This document shows positions 61,855 to 64,000 of a stretch of DNA of 64,000 bases, piece after piece. Origin of the DNA: an uncultured delta proteobacterium. GTDB lineage: Bacteria; Desulfobacterota; RBG-13-43-22. The notes beneath the pieces were generated by a model that worked only from the letters and a program-made list of their open reading frames with translations, had not been told where the DNA came from and did not search any database. Every line of letters begins with the position of its first letter. Positions within the stretch are counted from its first letter, which is position 1. The DNA is taken from assembly GCA_963790475.1 (NCBI GenBank), contig CAWBOS010000013.1:384001-448000 (forward strand), written 5' to 3'. Position numbers and translations under genes: made by a program.

Positions 61855-62585
61855 GAAAGTTTTCCACCTCCCATCAATACGTGGCACGGGGGTCTGACCC
61901 CAAAGCGAGCTAATTCCCTAAAAAGGTCCTCGGGATTTCCCGACAGTTTGATCTCTCCGTCTTGAAGGACGGCGATCCTATCCACATGGGCGCTCACCTT
62001 TTCGACATCGTGAGTGGTCACAATCAAGGTATGGCCTTCTCGATGCCATTGAATCATATACGATAATATTTCCCGTATCCCCTGGTAATCAAGGTTGGCA
62101 AAGGGTTCATCGAAGAGGATCACCTGGGGTTTCATGACCATCACTCCGGCCAGGGCCAGCCGCCTTTTCTCCCCTCCGGAAAGCAGATAGCATGGTTTTT
62201 CAGCCAGGTTTTCAATCCCCATTTTATGAAGGACCCAATTGACCCGATCCTCGATTTCCCTTGGGGAGAGCCCTAAATTTTCAGGCCCGAAAGCCACATC
62301 CTCCCTGACCGTCTCCCCGACGATCTGACTGTCCGGATCCTGAAAAACAATGCCCATCATCGTTCTTATTTCCCGAGAATGACGGATGGAATCCAGGCCG
62401 TTAATGTGAATTGATCCCGAGGTGGGTTTCAGAAGACCGCTTAAGGTTTTTAGCAAGGTGGTTTTCCCGCTGCCGTTCGGTCCGCAAATAAGGAGAAATT
62501 CTCCGCGGGAGATATGAAGACCGAGGCCCTTCAGGGCGCAGGTGCCATCAGGATATCTTAGATAAAGGTCTTGGATACGGATCAT
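61842..62585 (-). CDS. ECF transporter ATPase
   Basis: GPNGSGKTT, FQDPDSQ, FGPEN, LSGGEKRR, THD. Confidence 0.93.
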   Translation of the reverse strand: MIRIQDLYLRYPDGTCALKGLGLHISRGEFLLICGPNGSGKTTLLKTLSGLLKPTSGSIHINGLDSIRHSREIRTMMGIVFQDPDSQIVGETVREDVAFGPENLGLSPREIEDRVNWVLHKMGIENLAEKPCYLLSGGEKRRLALAGVMVMKPQVILFDEPFANLDYQGIREILSYMIQWHREGHTLIVTTHDVEKVSAHVDRIAVLQDGEIKLSGNPEDLFRELARFGVRPPCHVLMGGGKLSWLE

Positions 62586-62610
62586 TTCTGTTTTTAAGCC
62601 ACCTTGGGGA

Positions 62611-63159
62611 TCATTCGGATACAGACAGGTTTTGCCGGTCCAACATCGGTTTTAGGGAACGAAACAGGATAACCGCGGAGACCGCTTTCAGAACATCCCC
62701 GGGGAGAAAGGGAACCATCCCGACCATCCAGGCTTTATTCCAGGTCATATTGGTGATGGCCTTCAGCCAGGGGACCCCCAGCCCATAAATGACCAGCGAT
62801 CCGAAAATGACGCCAAACACACTTCCAATGATAGATCGGCGAAAGCACCCGGAGATGAAACCGGTTATCCAGGCGGACAAAACAAATCCGAAAAGATAAC
62901 CGCCCGTAGGTCCGAAGAGATGGGCCAGTCCTCCCCTGCCCCCGGAGAAGACCGGCAAACCAATGGCCCCGACCAATAGATAGAGAGCCGCACTGGAGGC
63001 CCCCCAAAGGGCTCCCAGGAGGAGTCCGGCAAGGAGGACGAAGAGGTTGGTCAGGACAATGGGGACCGGCCCGATGGGAACCTGGATAAAAGCGCCGGCG
63101 GCCATCAGGCCGGCCATGAGGGAACAAAGCACCACGGATCTCATTTTTTCAACAGACAT
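62611..63159 (-). CDS. bioY: Biotin transporter S component BioY
   Basis: PVPIVL, GLPVFSGG, GPTGGYLFGF, PFLPGD.LK. Confidence 0.94.
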   Translation of the reverse strand: MSVEKMRSVVLCSLMAGLMAAGAFIQVPIGPVPIVLTNLFVLLAGLLLGALWGASSAALYLLVGAIGLPVFSGGRGGLAHLFGPTGGYLFGFVLSAWITGFISGCFRRSIIGSVFGVIFGSLVIYGLGVPWLKAITNMTWNKAWMVGMVPFLPGDVLKAVSAVILFRSLKPMLDRQNLSVSE

Positions 63160-63173
63160 GGAACCTCTTTTAA

Positions 63174-63205
63174 TTGTTAACCATTTATTTGTTGAAGGTT
63201 AACAA
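63174..63205. promoter_or_regulatory. BirA (biotin repressor) operator
   Basis: Perfect TTGTTAACC-N14-GGTTAACAA, 15 bp upstream of bioY; fits the BirA box architecture known for deltaproteobacteria. Confidence 0.85.
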
Positions 63206-63468
63206 ATTAAGTTGGACCTGTCAATCTCAATCCTTGTTAATTATTAATGTCTTGTCACCTGGAAGCCGGCAGGATAAGGAAGACGGTTCGAGTTTAGATG
63301 GTCTCCAGTTCCGTCCACCTACATACTCTGGGATTAAAAAATACAGTAAGGTGATTATTTACTTGATCCTCAATTCGTTTACACTATCTCACAATCAATA
63401 TTGGAATTTCCTTGTTGATGCCAACAGGGTTATCCAATTCTGCAATAAAAACCAAGGAGGAAAATTTT

Positions 63469-63948
63469 ATGGCGACTTCAGTCAAACCGATTCCGGAAGG
63501 GTATCACACCGTTAATACCTACTTGACCGTCCATGACGGCCGAAAAGCAATTGAGTTTTACAAAAGGGCCTTCGGGGCCCAGGAAATGTTTCTCATGGAG
63601 GGTCCTCCGGGAAAGATCGGACACGCTGAACTCAAGGTCGGTGACTCGAGGATTATGCTGTCCGACGAGATGCCGGGGGGCATCTGCCGTTCTCCACAAT
63701 CTTTGGGGGGTACGACCATCACCCTGTTTTTGTATATCGAAGACGTCGATCGGACCTTCAACCAGGCTGTTGCTGCGGGTGCCCAAGTGGTCAGGCCGGT
63801 TGAAGATATGTTTTGGGGGGATCGTTATGGAGAGGTTAAGGACCCCTTTGGTCATGCCTGGGGGCTAGCCACCCATAAAGAAGATCTGAATCCCGAAGAA
63901 CTTCAAGAAAGGGCCAAGAAGGCCATGGCCGAAATGGGCCTGGGATAG
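63469..63948 (+). CDS. VOC/glyoxalase (PhnB-like) family protein
   Basis: PEGYHTV, AIEFYKRAFGA, HAELKVG, DMFWGDRYG..KDPFGH; AAGGAGG RBS. Confidence 0.92.
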   Translation: MATSVKPIPEGYHTVNTYLTVHDGRKAIEFYKRAFGAQEMFLMEGPPGKIGHAELKVGDSRIMLSDEMPGGICRSPQSLGGTTITLFLYIEDVDRTFNQAVAAGAQVVRPVEDMFWGDRYGEVKDPFGHAWGLATHKEDLNPEELQERAKKAMAEMGLG

Positions 63949-64000
63949 AGAGTAGGTCGGATTGTATGCCCGGAGAGGATCAGATCAAAATACTGTCTTT

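Overview
This window looks like core chromosome of a Desulfobacterota (deltaproteobacterial) anaerobe, inferred from the acpS-nnr-CBS-tsaE-lysC-cimA-comEA synteny, a delta-type BirA box, Rex and selA. In order it holds: housekeeping genes (acpS to tsaD); a partly decayed c-di-GMP signalling island; kdsB, a short glmU and rex; an ExeA-LysM-SPOR protein; a divergent CoA-transferase/acyl-CoA synthetase locus; and a small stretch of gene relics that includes an IS91-like transposase remnant. It continues with an IclR-linked phenylacetate-CoA-ligase-like/ABC/acyl-CoA ligase operon, pyrF, a lipoprotein with a sigma54-type promoter, clpB-htpX-purA, tRNA-Leu-tig-clpPX-lon, the rpmH-rnpA-yidD-yidC-jag-mnmE-rsmG cluster (without dnaA or mnmG), recJ, selA, an IS110-family right-end relic and a BirA-controlled biotin ECF transporter. 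Several genes (N-terminal SBP, cimA, MBL hydrolase, selA) carry single-base indels that are probably sequencing errors. The most unusual non-gene signals are three: short tandem 7-mer arrays, usually paired in inverted orientation with a different unit per gap, in many intergenic regions; an IS110 end that kept its downstream non-coding region (candidate bridge/seek RNA) but lost its transposase; and a shared leader motif upstream of two paralogous diguanylate cyclases. All identifications come from motif recognition by eye; no searches were run.
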